From NCBI GenBank assembly GCA_038874475.1, contig JAVZCJ010000004.1:1-24000 (forward strand): a stretch of 24,000 nt of DNA, in the 5' to 3' direction. The notes beneath the pieces are model-generated. The model was not told the DNA's origin. It did not search any database and saw nothing but the letters and a program-made list of their open reading frames with translations. This document shows, one piece after another, positions 16,597 through 24,000 of the stretch. The position numbers were made by a program, and so were the translations under genes. Within the stretch, counting starts at the first letter, position 1. Each line of letters starts with the position of its first letter. This stretch comes from Nitrososphaerota archaeon. Its GTDB lineage: Archaea > Thermoproteota > Nitrososphaeria_A > Caldarchaeales > JAVZCJ01.

Positions 16597-17934
16597 TTAT
16601 ATCTTCTTCTTTCCAAGAGGATAATATTTTGCCGCGATTAAGAATACAACTAAAGCTATTATTATTACAAGAGCTAAACCAATACGCATGTTCCATATTA
16701 CTTCACTAGGTTGTACTGCTCCAGGTACATATCCACTTAATCCAAAAATGAAGGCGGTACTTGCACCTGTAAGAGCTAAAGCAAATCTATCAATAAATGT
16801 ACGTGCACCATAGTATATTCCTTCTCTTCTTAAACCTGTTTTATTAGCATCTTCATCTATCACATCTGGTATTAAGAGCTCCCTAGTAATTTGCACACCA
16901 CTATTCACAGCACCAAAGAAAGCTGTTAATATAATAGCTTTTATTATGGAATCTGCCCAAAATGCAAGTACCAATAGTCCAGAAGCCATTAATATTGTAG
17001 AAAGAATTAATGTAAATCTAGAGCCATAGCGTATACAAATTTTTCTCCAAATTGGATAAAATAGTATTGGAAAAATTATCATTGGTGCACCTACAATTGT
17101 TATATCGCTAGTTTTTCCCCCAAGGAAATGTTGGACGATGAATGGTATCATTGCTTCAAGAACGCTCCATATCCAGCTTGTTGTTAAAATTAGAAAAGCT
17201 GCTGTTAAAAAAGACTTATTTGTAAAAGTAATTTTAAAATATTCTTTAATGGGAAGTTTAGATTCTACTGAAGTTACTTCTCTCTCTTTACTTCCAAGAA
17301 GAGATAATAGAAATGATATTCCACCCATTAAACTTACTACTATTCCTACAAAAGTCCATCCTTGAAAAGTACCGAAATTTTCTGTAAAATACGTTATCAA
17401 TTGAGGAGTAAGTATTATTGTTATTATGATGCCAATTGTTGCAAAAATTTGTCTATATACTGCAACTTCACTTCTATCTGTAATATCTCTATACATTTCA
17501 GGAAATAACGCATTCCATCCTACATCAACAAGAGTATAAACAAATTCGAAAATAAAAATAACAATAATAAAGAATGTGAAAATACAAGGATCGAAAGGAT
17601 TGGATAAAGGCTTTCCACCAACTGGAGGAGACCATATCATTATGAATAACAAAATCATTATTGGTGAAAATATAGAAACATAAGGTATTCTTCTTCCCCA
17701 TCTAGTCCTTGTTTTATCAGAAATATATCCTGCAATTACATCATTTATTGCATTCCAAACACCATAAGTTGCCATAAATCCTATTCCAATTAAAACTGGA
17801 TCAAGAAGAACGATTTCGCTATAAAAATATATTAAATATGTTCCTATAATAGCAAATATTAAAGATTCTCCAAAAGCACCTGCTCCATATACTATTTTTC
17901 CAGTTTTTCCACTAAATCTACCTATAATAGGCAA
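16597..17934 (-). CDS. GPH/MelB-type sugar (or other solute):cation symporter, MFS superfamily
   Basis: 445 aa ORF, about 12 TM segments: KIVYGAGAFGESLIFAIIGTYLIYFYSE, NAINDVIAGYISDKTRTRWGRRIPYV, ALFPEMYRDITDRSEVAVYRQ. Confidence 0.85.
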   Translation of the reverse strand: MPIIGRFSGKTGKIVYGAGAFGESLIFAIIGTYLIYFYSEIVLLDPVLIGIGFMATYGVWNAINDVIAGYISDKTRTRWGRRIPYVSIFSPIMILLFIMIWSPPVGGKPLSNPFDPCIFTFFIIVIFIFEFVYTLVDVGWNALFPEMYRDITDRSEVAVYRQIFATIGIIITIILTPQLITYFTENFGTFQGWTFVGIVVSLMGGISFLLSLLGSKEREVTSVESKLPIKEYFKITFTNKSFLTAAFLILTTSWIWSVLEAMIPFIVQHFLGGKTSDITIVGAPMIIFPILFYPIWRKICIRYGSRFTLILSTILMASGLLVLAFWADSIIKAIILTAFFGAVNSGVQITRELLIPDVIDEDANKTGLRREGIYYGARTFIDRFALALTGASTAFIFGLSGYVPGAVQPSEVIWNMRIGLALVIIIALVVFLIAAKYYPLGKKKI

Positions 17935-17949
17935 ATAACATCACCTTCT

Positions 17950-19077
17950 TCATTTATACCTTCCATATTTATCTCTTACTTCAGAAATTTTAAGTAAATT
18001 TTCTTCTGGAGTATTTGGACTCAATCCACATCCAGGGCCAAGCGCAAAAGATATGCAATTTTTTCCTAATTCTATTGAATTTTTTACCATTAATTCAACA
18101 TCTTTGGGCGTACCAGAGAAAAGTGGTCCAAGATGATCAATTCCAGCACAAAGTGGAATTTTATCACCAAATTTTTCAACAGCTTTTTCTAATGGATAAG
18201 TTGATCCTGGAGCATAAAATTGCAATTCATTTATAAGTTTAGGTTTTCCAAATTTTTCATATATAAAATCTAAATCTGGATCCCAACTACAAACATGAGT
18301 TGTAATAGGAACATCTTTACCTATTCTTGATCTAACTTTATTTAAATATTCTAAATCTAATGCAGCTAACCATTCTCTTAAATCTGGGCTTAAAATAGAT
18401 TTATCATATCCACTAAATCCCATACAAAAATTTGTAAAATTGATTGCTTCTACCATTTTATATGCTACATCAACTGTCCATTCCATTAAAGGCCCTCTAA
18501 CTATTCTTGTTAAAGTAGGAAGTAAATCTGGAAATATCATAACATCTCTCATTACTTCGGTCATTCCAATCGTTAAAGCTAAAGTTGCAGCAGGTCCAAG
18601 TATTCCTTGTCTTAAAAGGACTTTATTCCCAATTTTTTCTGCAACAATCTTCCATGCTTCAAATATTGCTTCAGCTCTTTTACATTTTCTAGGATCAAAT
18701 TCTTCTATGTTTTTTTCAATCCTTTCTACTTTTTCAATAAATCTATCATAAATACTGTGATCTGGTTTATAACGCCATGGTTGAATCTTTGCTTGTACAA
18801 CATGATCTAAAATTTCAACTTCAGCACCCAATATTTCATACATAACCCATTGATCTGTATTCACACCTGTAATATCAACTCTAAATTTTTCAGCTACAGC
18901 TATATGCCCTCTTGCTATGGCTTTTCCATCATAAACATATTCTCTTAAACTTGGCACACCAGAATATTTCCAAGCTAAATAAACAGATTCTAACCATATT
19001 GGCATTTTATCTGGTTTTTCTCCATTCAGATAAGTTAAAGCTCTTTCGAGACCTGTAATTTCAACCATATTTTTCAC
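17950..19077 (-). CDS. UroD-family (MtaA/MtbA-like) cobalamin-dependent methyltransferase
   Basis: 375 aa ORF with putative zinc ligands H-x-C (TTHVCSWDPD, about 18289-18297) and a distal Cys (GPGCGLSPNTPEENL). Overlaps the corrinoid protein ORF start-to-stop. Confidence 0.85.
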   Translation of the reverse strand: MKNMVEITGLERALTYLNGEKPDKMPIWLESVYLAWKYSGVPSLREYVYDGKAIARGHIAVAEKFRVDITGVNTDQWVMYEILGAEVEILDHVVQAKIQPWRYKPDHSIYDRFIEKVERIEKNIEEFDPRKCKRAEAIFEAWKIVAEKIGNKVLLRQGILGPAATLALTIGMTEVMRDVMIFPDLLPTLTRIVRGPLMEWTVDVAYKMVEAINFTNFCMGFSGYDKSILSPDLREWLAALDLEYLNKVRSRIGKDVPITTHVCSWDPDLDFIYEKFGKPKLINELQFYAPGSTYPLEKAVEKFGDKIPLCAGIDHLGPLFSGTPKDVELMVKNSIELGKNCISFALGPGCGLSPNTPEENLLKISEVRDKYGRYK

Positions 19078-19693
19078 GTACCTCCTTAACTAATTTATTT
19101 GCAATTTCTAAAGCAGTTTTAGGATCATGAGCCCAACCATCTAATTCAAATTTTTTAGCTACAAATGGATTACCTTGTACACCTCCTATTATAACCTTAA
19201 CTTTATCTCTTAAATTATTCTCTTTTAAGAATTTAATTATTTTCTCTATTTCAAATATTGCATTTGTTAAAAATACTGAAAGCCCAATTAAGTGAGGCTC
19301 GAATTCTTTTATGCCTTTTATAAAATCTTCCGCCATTAAATTTTCACCCAAATCTTTAACTTCAAAACCATCTGCTATATACAATACTTTTATAATATCT
19401 TTTCCTATGTAATGCATGGAGCCTAACGTCCCTATTAAAATTCTACCTTTATCCATTTTTTCAATTTTATCTTTTAGAATTTCATAACCCATGTAAAAAG
19501 ATGCCATTATTGCAGAAAGTTGTGGGAGTGCAAATTCTTTACCATATTTATCACATGCATCAAAAATTGCTTTTCTTAAGCTATTAAGAATTTCATTAGG
19601 ATCCGCCCCGATTGAAAGAAGATGTTTAATCTCTTTTTCTACTTCAAATGGTTTAAATTCCATGGCTAGTTTATATATCTTATTTTCCATCAT
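19061..19693 (-). CDS. Corrinoid (B12-binding) protein, MtaC/MttC-like, with non-canonical GSMHYIG in place of GDxHxxG
   Basis: 210 aa: N-terminal cap-like helical domain, then ILIGTLGSMHYIGKDIIKVLYIADGFEVKDLG, LIGLSVFLT, VIIGGVQGN. AGG SD-like sequence upstream of the ATG. Confidence 0.85.
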   Translation of the reverse strand: MMENKIYKLAMEFKPFEVEKEIKHLLSIGADPNEILNSLRKAIFDACDKYGKEFALPQLSAIMASFYMGYEILKDKIEKMDKGRILIGTLGSMHYIGKDIIKVLYIADGFEVKDLGENLMAEDFIKGIKEFEPHLIGLSVFLTNAIFEIEKIIKFLKENNLRDKVKVIIGGVQGNPFVAKKFELDGWAHDPKTALEIANKLVKEVREKYG

Positions 19694-19812
19694 TATTACC
19701 TAAAAATTCTATTATCTAATAAGGATATTTAAACATTTTTATTATTTAATAAATTAAAACAGGAATTATAAATATATAAGTTAATTAAGGTAATAAATTT
19801 TTTTAAAAGTGT
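19694..19812. promoter_or_regulatory. Divergent intergenic/promoter region between the two corrinoid operons
   Basis: TATA-like elements on both strands (TTATAAATATATAAG at about 19767-19780; TTTAAATA on minus at about 19716-19723) and a 9-nt inverted repeat TTATTACCT (19693-19701) / AGGTAATAA (19788-19796). Confidence 0.55.
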
Positions 19813-20916
19813 ATGGTTATGAATGGCCAAAAAGAATGGGAGAAAAATAATGAAAGATTCTTAGCAACTTTAAATCTCGAAGAAAGTGATAGAGTTCCAA
19901 TTATGGATATAGTAAATAATGAAAAAATTAGAAAAATTGTTGAAACAAAAGATCCTCTTGAAACAAATGCAAGAGCATACAGATATTTAGGTATAGACAT
20001 AACTAGAGATTATTGGTGGCTTACAGATTTCATGTGGTTTAAAAATAAGTTTTTTGAATGGATGGATGTTTTAGGAATTGAAAAAGAAGGATGGGCTATT
20101 AAAACAAAAGCAGGAACTACATGGATTGATAAAAGACCCTTTAAAAATTTAGAAGAACTTAGTAATAAACTTCCTCCAGAACCAGATGAAAGTAAAATAG
20201 CAGAATGGTTTATTCCATATCATAAAAAAACTATTGAAGGATATAAGAAGCATGGCATAGTATTTGTAGGAAATTTTGAAGGCCCATTAACTGAAGCTTA
20301 TATGTTTACAGGTTATGATTTATTCTTTCAAGCCATGTTTATGGCGAAGAGTATAGTAAATAAACTTTTAGATATTTTTGAAAAATGGATAATAATTAGA
20401 CTTAAGCTTTGGGTAGAAGAAAATATGGGCGATGTAGTATTCTTAGGAGAAGATATAGCTTTTGATAAAGGGTTAATGTTCTCTCCTAAATGGCTTAATG
20501 AAAATTGGTTTCCAAGAATTAAACGTATAAGAGACTTTCTTTTTAGTAAAAATATAAAGATGATATTTCATAGTGATGGAAACCTTTATCCAATTTTAGA
20601 TACATTGGTTTTTGACCTAAAAATAGATGCATTGCACCCAATAGATCCAACAGCAGGAATGAAAATAGATGAAGTTAAAGAAAAATATGGAAATCATATT
20701 GCCTTAATTGGTTATATAGATTGTAGTCATCTCTTACCATTTGGAACAACAAAAGAAATAGTTGAAAAAGTAAAAGAAACATTATCTATAGCTGCTCCAG
20801 GCAGTGGTTATATTTTAGGGTCAAGTAGTGAAATACATGATGCTATATCTATAGAGAATGCAAAAGCTTTATATGAAACAGGAAGAAAATATGGTAAATA
20901 TCCAATTAAAAGGTGA
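19813..20916 (+). CDS. UroD-family protein, likely methyltransferase, distinct putative metal-ligand set
   Basis: 367 aa: WWLTDFMWFKNKFFEWMDVLGIEK, MIFHSDGNLYPILDTLV, ALHPIDPTAGMKIDEVKEKYG, ALIGYIDCSHLL, GYILGSSSEIHDAIS. Typical UroD superfamily signatures. Confidence 0.82.
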   Translation: MVMNGQKEWEKNNERFLATLNLEESDRVPIMDIVNNEKIRKIVETKDPLETNARAYRYLGIDITRDYWWLTDFMWFKNKFFEWMDVLGIEKEGWAIKTKAGTTWIDKRPFKNLEELSNKLPPEPDESKIAEWFIPYHKKTIEGYKKHGIVFVGNFEGPLTEAYMFTGYDLFFQAMFMAKSIVNKLLDIFEKWIIIRLKLWVEENMGDVVFLGEDIAFDKGLMFSPKWLNENWFPRIKRIRDFLFSKNIKMIFHSDGNLYPILDTLVFDLKIDALHPIDPTAGMKIDEVKEKYGNHIALIGYIDCSHLLPFGTTKEIVEKVKETLSIAAPGSGYILGSSSEIHDAISIENAKALYETGRKYGKYPIKR

Positions 20917-20923
20917 GCGCATA

Positions 20924-21571
20924 GTGCAAAATGATATATTAAAAGAAATACAAGAAGCTTTATTATCAATGGACATAGAAAAAACTTTACTATTAACTAG
21001 AAGAGCTTTAGAGCAAGGATTGAATCCTATAAAAATAATAGAAGATGGGCTTTCAAATGGTATAAGAAAATTAGGAAATATGTATGAAAATGGAGAAGCT
21101 TTTTTGCCAGAACTTGTTATGGGTGCTGAAATTATGAAAAGAGCTGTAGAAATCGTTAAACCTGAATTGGAAAAAAGAAAGGAAGAAAGAAAAAAGCTTG
21201 GAAAAGTTATGCTAGCTACAGTTGAAGGAGATGTACATGATATAGGAAAAAATTTGGTGTCTCTTATGCTTTGGATTAATGGATTTGAAATAATAGATTT
21301 GGGTGTGGATGTCCCAGTAAGAGAAATAATTAAAAAGATTAAAGAATTAAAACCTGATGTTTTAGGTTTATCGGCACTTCTTACAACTACATTATTAGAA
21401 CAGAAAAGAGTTTTAGAAGAATTAGAAAAAGCTGGGTTAAGAAAAAATGTAAAAGTAATTGTAGGAGGAGCACCTGTTACTGAAGAATGGGCTAAAAAAA
21501 TAGGAGCAGATAGTTATGCTCCAGATGCTGTTAAAGCTGTAGATAAAGTAAAAGAGCTTTTAAAATCATAA
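20924..21571 (+). CDS. Corrinoid (B12-binding) protein, canonical DVHDIG
   Basis: The track ORF starts at 20858, but the GTG at 20924 follows AGGTGA (20911-20916), which overlaps the upstream stop codon. Motifs: TVEGDVHDIGKNLV, GLSALLTTT, VIVGGAPVTEEWAKKIGADSYAPDA. Confidence 0.92.
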   Translation: MQNDILKEIQEALLSMDIEKTLLLTRRALEQGLNPIKIIEDGLSNGIRKLGNMYENGEAFLPELVMGAEIMKRAVEIVKPELEKRKEERKKLGKVMLATVEGDVHDIGKNLVSLMLWINGFEIIDLGVDVPVREIIKKIKELKPDVLGLSALLTTTLLEQKRVLEELEKAGLRKNVKVIVGGAPVTEEWAKKIGADSYAPDAVKAVDKVKELLKS

Positions 21572-21575
21572 ATTT

Positions 21576-21953
21576 TTATTCTTCTTCGTCAACATGTGCT
21601 TTTCCAAAGTATTTTTCAATAGGATATTTTTCTTCATTCTTCTTAATTTTATTTAAAACAGCTTTCGTAATATCTATTTTTGCATTTTCACTCATACTTA
21701 GCAAATAAATAATTATATCTGCAATCTCTTCTGAAATTCTTATTTTAAATTTTTCATTTTCCATTAATTTTTCTATTTCTTCACTATTTCTCCATTGAAA
21801 TATTTCTAATAATTCTGCAGCTTCGATACAAATAGATTCCGCTAAATCTTTTAAATTATGGTATTTCTCCCAATCTCTTTTTTTAATAAAAACTTTAACT
21901 TCTTCTTTTAATTCATTAAGAGTTGTATTCATATCTTCTTTCATTTTTTTCAC
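21576..21953 (-). CDS. MazG-like / RS21-C6-type nucleotide pyrophosphohydrolase
   Basis: ESICIEAAELLEIFQW...RISEEIADIIIYLLSMSENAKID: the EExxE...ExxD metal-binding pattern. Confidence 0.85.
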   Translation of the reverse strand: MKKMKEDMNTTLNELKEEVKVFIKKRDWEKYHNLKDLAESICIEAAELLEIFQWRNSEEIEKLMENEKFKIRISEEIADIIIYLLSMSENAKIDITKAVLNKIKKNEEKYPIEKYFGKAHVDEEE

Positions 21954-22016
21954 TCTATTTTTATTGAATTTAATAAAAATCTTTCAATAAAAATAAATAA
22001 TAAAAAGTTTATTAAT

Positions 22017-23549
22017 ATGATGATTTTTTATAATACATTAGTGCTTTCTTTTGGAGGTAAAATATTTTTGAAATTTATTGGTAGAATAGCTGATGGTTCT
22101 ACAGAAACCTCTGCTAGAGTTATTTTATTAAAAAATTTAGAAAGGGAAATAACTGCTGAAAATCTTGTTCTTATTAAGAATGGTGGAGATGAAAAACCGT
22201 CAAATCAATTATTGGGCGTTCTTAGAGGTGGATTGGGTAAAAACGAATTTCTTAGTCATACATCTTATAGGCCTGATGTTGCATATATGAAATATGGTGG
22301 AGAACCATCTGGTGCTAGAGAAGTTTTTTCTTTCTTAATTAAACCAATAGGTGCTATTACTGAAAATGGAATAGAGCCAAATTTATCTATAATTCAACCA
22401 AGGTCTCCAGTATACCTTTTAGAAGAAAAAGATAATCCTTTTCAATTAATGGTAAAAGGAGAAGATATTATTTGGACAGATGCATACATAGAAGGACATG
22501 AATCTTGGAAAGTACCAATAAAGAAATTTTTTATTCCTTATCATGTAGGTGTTTATGGGAGTACTGGTAGCGGTAAATCTTGGTTTACACGTTATATACT
22601 TATACCATTATACATCAAATCTGGATATAAAGTACTTGTATTAGATTGGAGTGGTACTGACTATGCACCTTATTACCAAAATTCAGATAATGCTGAAGTT
22701 ATAAAAATTACTGATATAGCTTTAGATGAAGAATCGATTTTAAGTTATTTTGATGATAAAACTAATGGTTTTGGAAGGAATGAGAATGTTAAAGATGGTT
22801 TTGATTCATTTATTGAAGGATGGATTGAAAAAATAAAAAATGCTATTGAAATTTCAAAAAAAGAAGGAGGAGATCCTGCTGAAATTTTATATAAACAACT
22901 TAAGAAACAAGTTAATGAAACTATTTCTAGTATGAGAAGAGAAGATTGGAAAAGTTCTGCTGAAAGAGCTAATAAAAGAGTATTTAGAAGATTTAAACCT
23001 CAAGATTTAAAACCAATAATGGGAACAATAAGTATAGAAGAAGTTATAAAAAAATTTGAAAATAAAAATTTAATCATTATAGATATGGGGGGAATTTTAA
23101 CAGAGGCTAAACTTGGTTTTTTCCTTTCTCTCTCTAGATATCTTTATGGCTTAATGGAAATTGGAAAAAATTTAATGATAAGTTTAATAATGGATGAAGC
23201 TCCTCAATACGCTCCTTGGGACCCAAGAGGCATTCAAAGTGAAACAACTGAAATGATAAAAAATTTAGCTGCTTTAGGAAGGAAAAGAATGCTTAATTTA
23301 ACTCTTATAGCTCAAGGAATAAAAGGGGAAATTGGGATAAATGCAGCTGTAAGAAGAAATTTAAATACTCATTTCTTTGGAAGGATACATCCATTAGATG
23401 CTGGAGGGGAAGGTGGGGCTTCAGAATGGCTATCACCTTATGATATAACATCTGATCAATTGTTACAACTTAAACCTGGAAGATTCTATTTCTCAGGAGC
23501 TATGAATGTATCACCAGTTCCATTACTTATAACATATAAAATTGAGTGA
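22017..23549 (+). CDS. herA: HerA family DNA helicase/translocase
   Basis: 510 aa: GVYGSTGSGKSWFTRY Walker A, LVLDWSGTDYAPYY, LIMDEAPQYAPW (Walker B), RKRMLNLTLIAQG. Followed directly by a nurA-like ORF. Confidence 0.88.
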   Translation: MMIFYNTLVLSFGGKIFLKFIGRIADGSTETSARVILLKNLEREITAENLVLIKNGGDEKPSNQLLGVLRGGLGKNEFLSHTSYRPDVAYMKYGGEPSGAREVFSFLIKPIGAITENGIEPNLSIIQPRSPVYLLEEKDNPFQLMVKGEDIIWTDAYIEGHESWKVPIKKFFIPYHVGVYGSTGSGKSWFTRYILIPLYIKSGYKVLVLDWSGTDYAPYYQNSDNAEVIKITDIALDEESILSYFDDKTNGFGRNENVKDGFDSFIEGWIEKIKNAIEISKKEGGDPAEILYKQLKKQVNETISSMRREDWKSSAERANKRVFRRFKPQDLKPIMGTISIEEVIKKFENKNLIIIDMGGILTEAKLGFFLSLSRYLYGLMEIGKNLMISLIMDEAPQYAPWDPRGIQSETTEMIKNLAALGRKRMLNLTLIAQGIKGEIGINAAVRRNLNTHFFGRIHPLDAGGEGGASEWLSPYDITSDQLLQLKPGRFYFSGAMNVSPVPLLITYKIE

Positions 23550-23554
23550 GAACA

Positions 23555-24000
23555 ATGGCTGAAGAATTAATAGAATGGATTAAGCTTCCGCAAGATCTTC
23601 AGCATCGCTTCTTTGAATTAACTGAGCAAGAAGCAAATAGATTGGTAGAAGATATTCAAAAAATGGACCTGCAGCTTAAAGAATTAAGTAAAGAACTTAG
23701 ACCATACATTCATGAAATTCCAATATCAGATAAAACTTCAATTGTTGCTGCTATTGATGGTTCAAGATCTCCAAGATTAAGTGAAAGACTTGGAATAAGA
23801 TATGGTGTATTTTCAGTTGGTGCAATTTTTTTAAAAGGCATTGAGAAAAGGAAGGAAAATTTTAGAGCTGGTGTTTTTAAAAGAAAACAAGCACTGTCGC
23901 CAGATAAAAGTAAATTTTCTTTTGATTTATTATCAACTTATGCTGAAAGGAAAATGGCTTTAGAAGCTTTAGAAAATTGTGATTTGTTAATCTTAGATGG
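23555..24000 (+). CDS. nurA: NurA family 5'-3' nuclease, 5' part only (runs off the window)
   Basis: Manual translation MAEELIEWIKLPQDLQHRFFELTEQEANRLVEDIQKMD...SIVAAIDGSRSPRLSERLGIRYGVFSVGAIFLKG...LENCDLLILDG. DGS motif and adjacency to herA. Confidence 0.85.
   Translation, partial: MAEELIEWIKLPQDLQHRFFELTEQEANRLVEDIQKMDLQLKELSKELRPYIHEIPISDKTSIVAAIDGSRSPRLSERLGIRYGVFSVGAIFLKGIEKRKENFRAGVFKRKQALSPDKSKFSFDLLSTYAERKMALEALENCDLLILD

Noticed and set aside
20858-20923. N-terminal extension MQKLYMKQEENMVNIQLKGERI of the second corrinoid ORF
   Set aside because: It overlaps the 3' end of the UroD-family gene in another frame. An SD-like AGGTGA followed by GTG at 20924 gives a start consistent with typical corrinoid protein N-termini.
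1-24000. Mobile elements or CRISPR arrays
   Set aside because: No transposase, integrase, Cas protein, terminal inverted repeats or regularly spaced repeats recognised.

Overview
AT-rich archaeal chromosomal segment, probably from a thermophilic TACK/Thermoproteota-type lineage (lineage is inference). From left to right it contains: a minus-strand isopropylmalate/homocitrate-type cluster (leuA/aksA-like 5' part, leuB, leuD, cupin, leuC homologs); an ECF transporter S component; a Thr-rich surface protein; a GC-rich structured RNA candidate with two competing hairpins; argS abutting a tRNA-Arg(GCG) gene with no spacer; a second tRNA-like gene interrupted by about 38 nt at a non-canonical position; a MoaB-like protein; an ornithine cyclodeaminase/alanine dehydrogenase family protein; a CPBP protease gene split by an apparent frameshift; a fused DppB-DppC-type permease; a VanZ-like protein; a CooC-like ATPase; and a GH63-like glycosidase. 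The right part holds a divergently arranged corrinoid methyl-transfer locus: GPH/MelB-type symporter, UroD-family methyltransferase and corrinoid protein on the minus strand, facing a second UroD-family protein and corrinoid protein on the plus strand. It ends with a MazG-like pyrophosphatase, HerA and the 5' part of NurA. The most interesting observations are the divergent corrinoid locus (one corrinoid protein has Ser in place of the canonical Asp of DxHxxG), the structured RNA island, the argS/tRNA-Arg junction and the interrupted tRNA.
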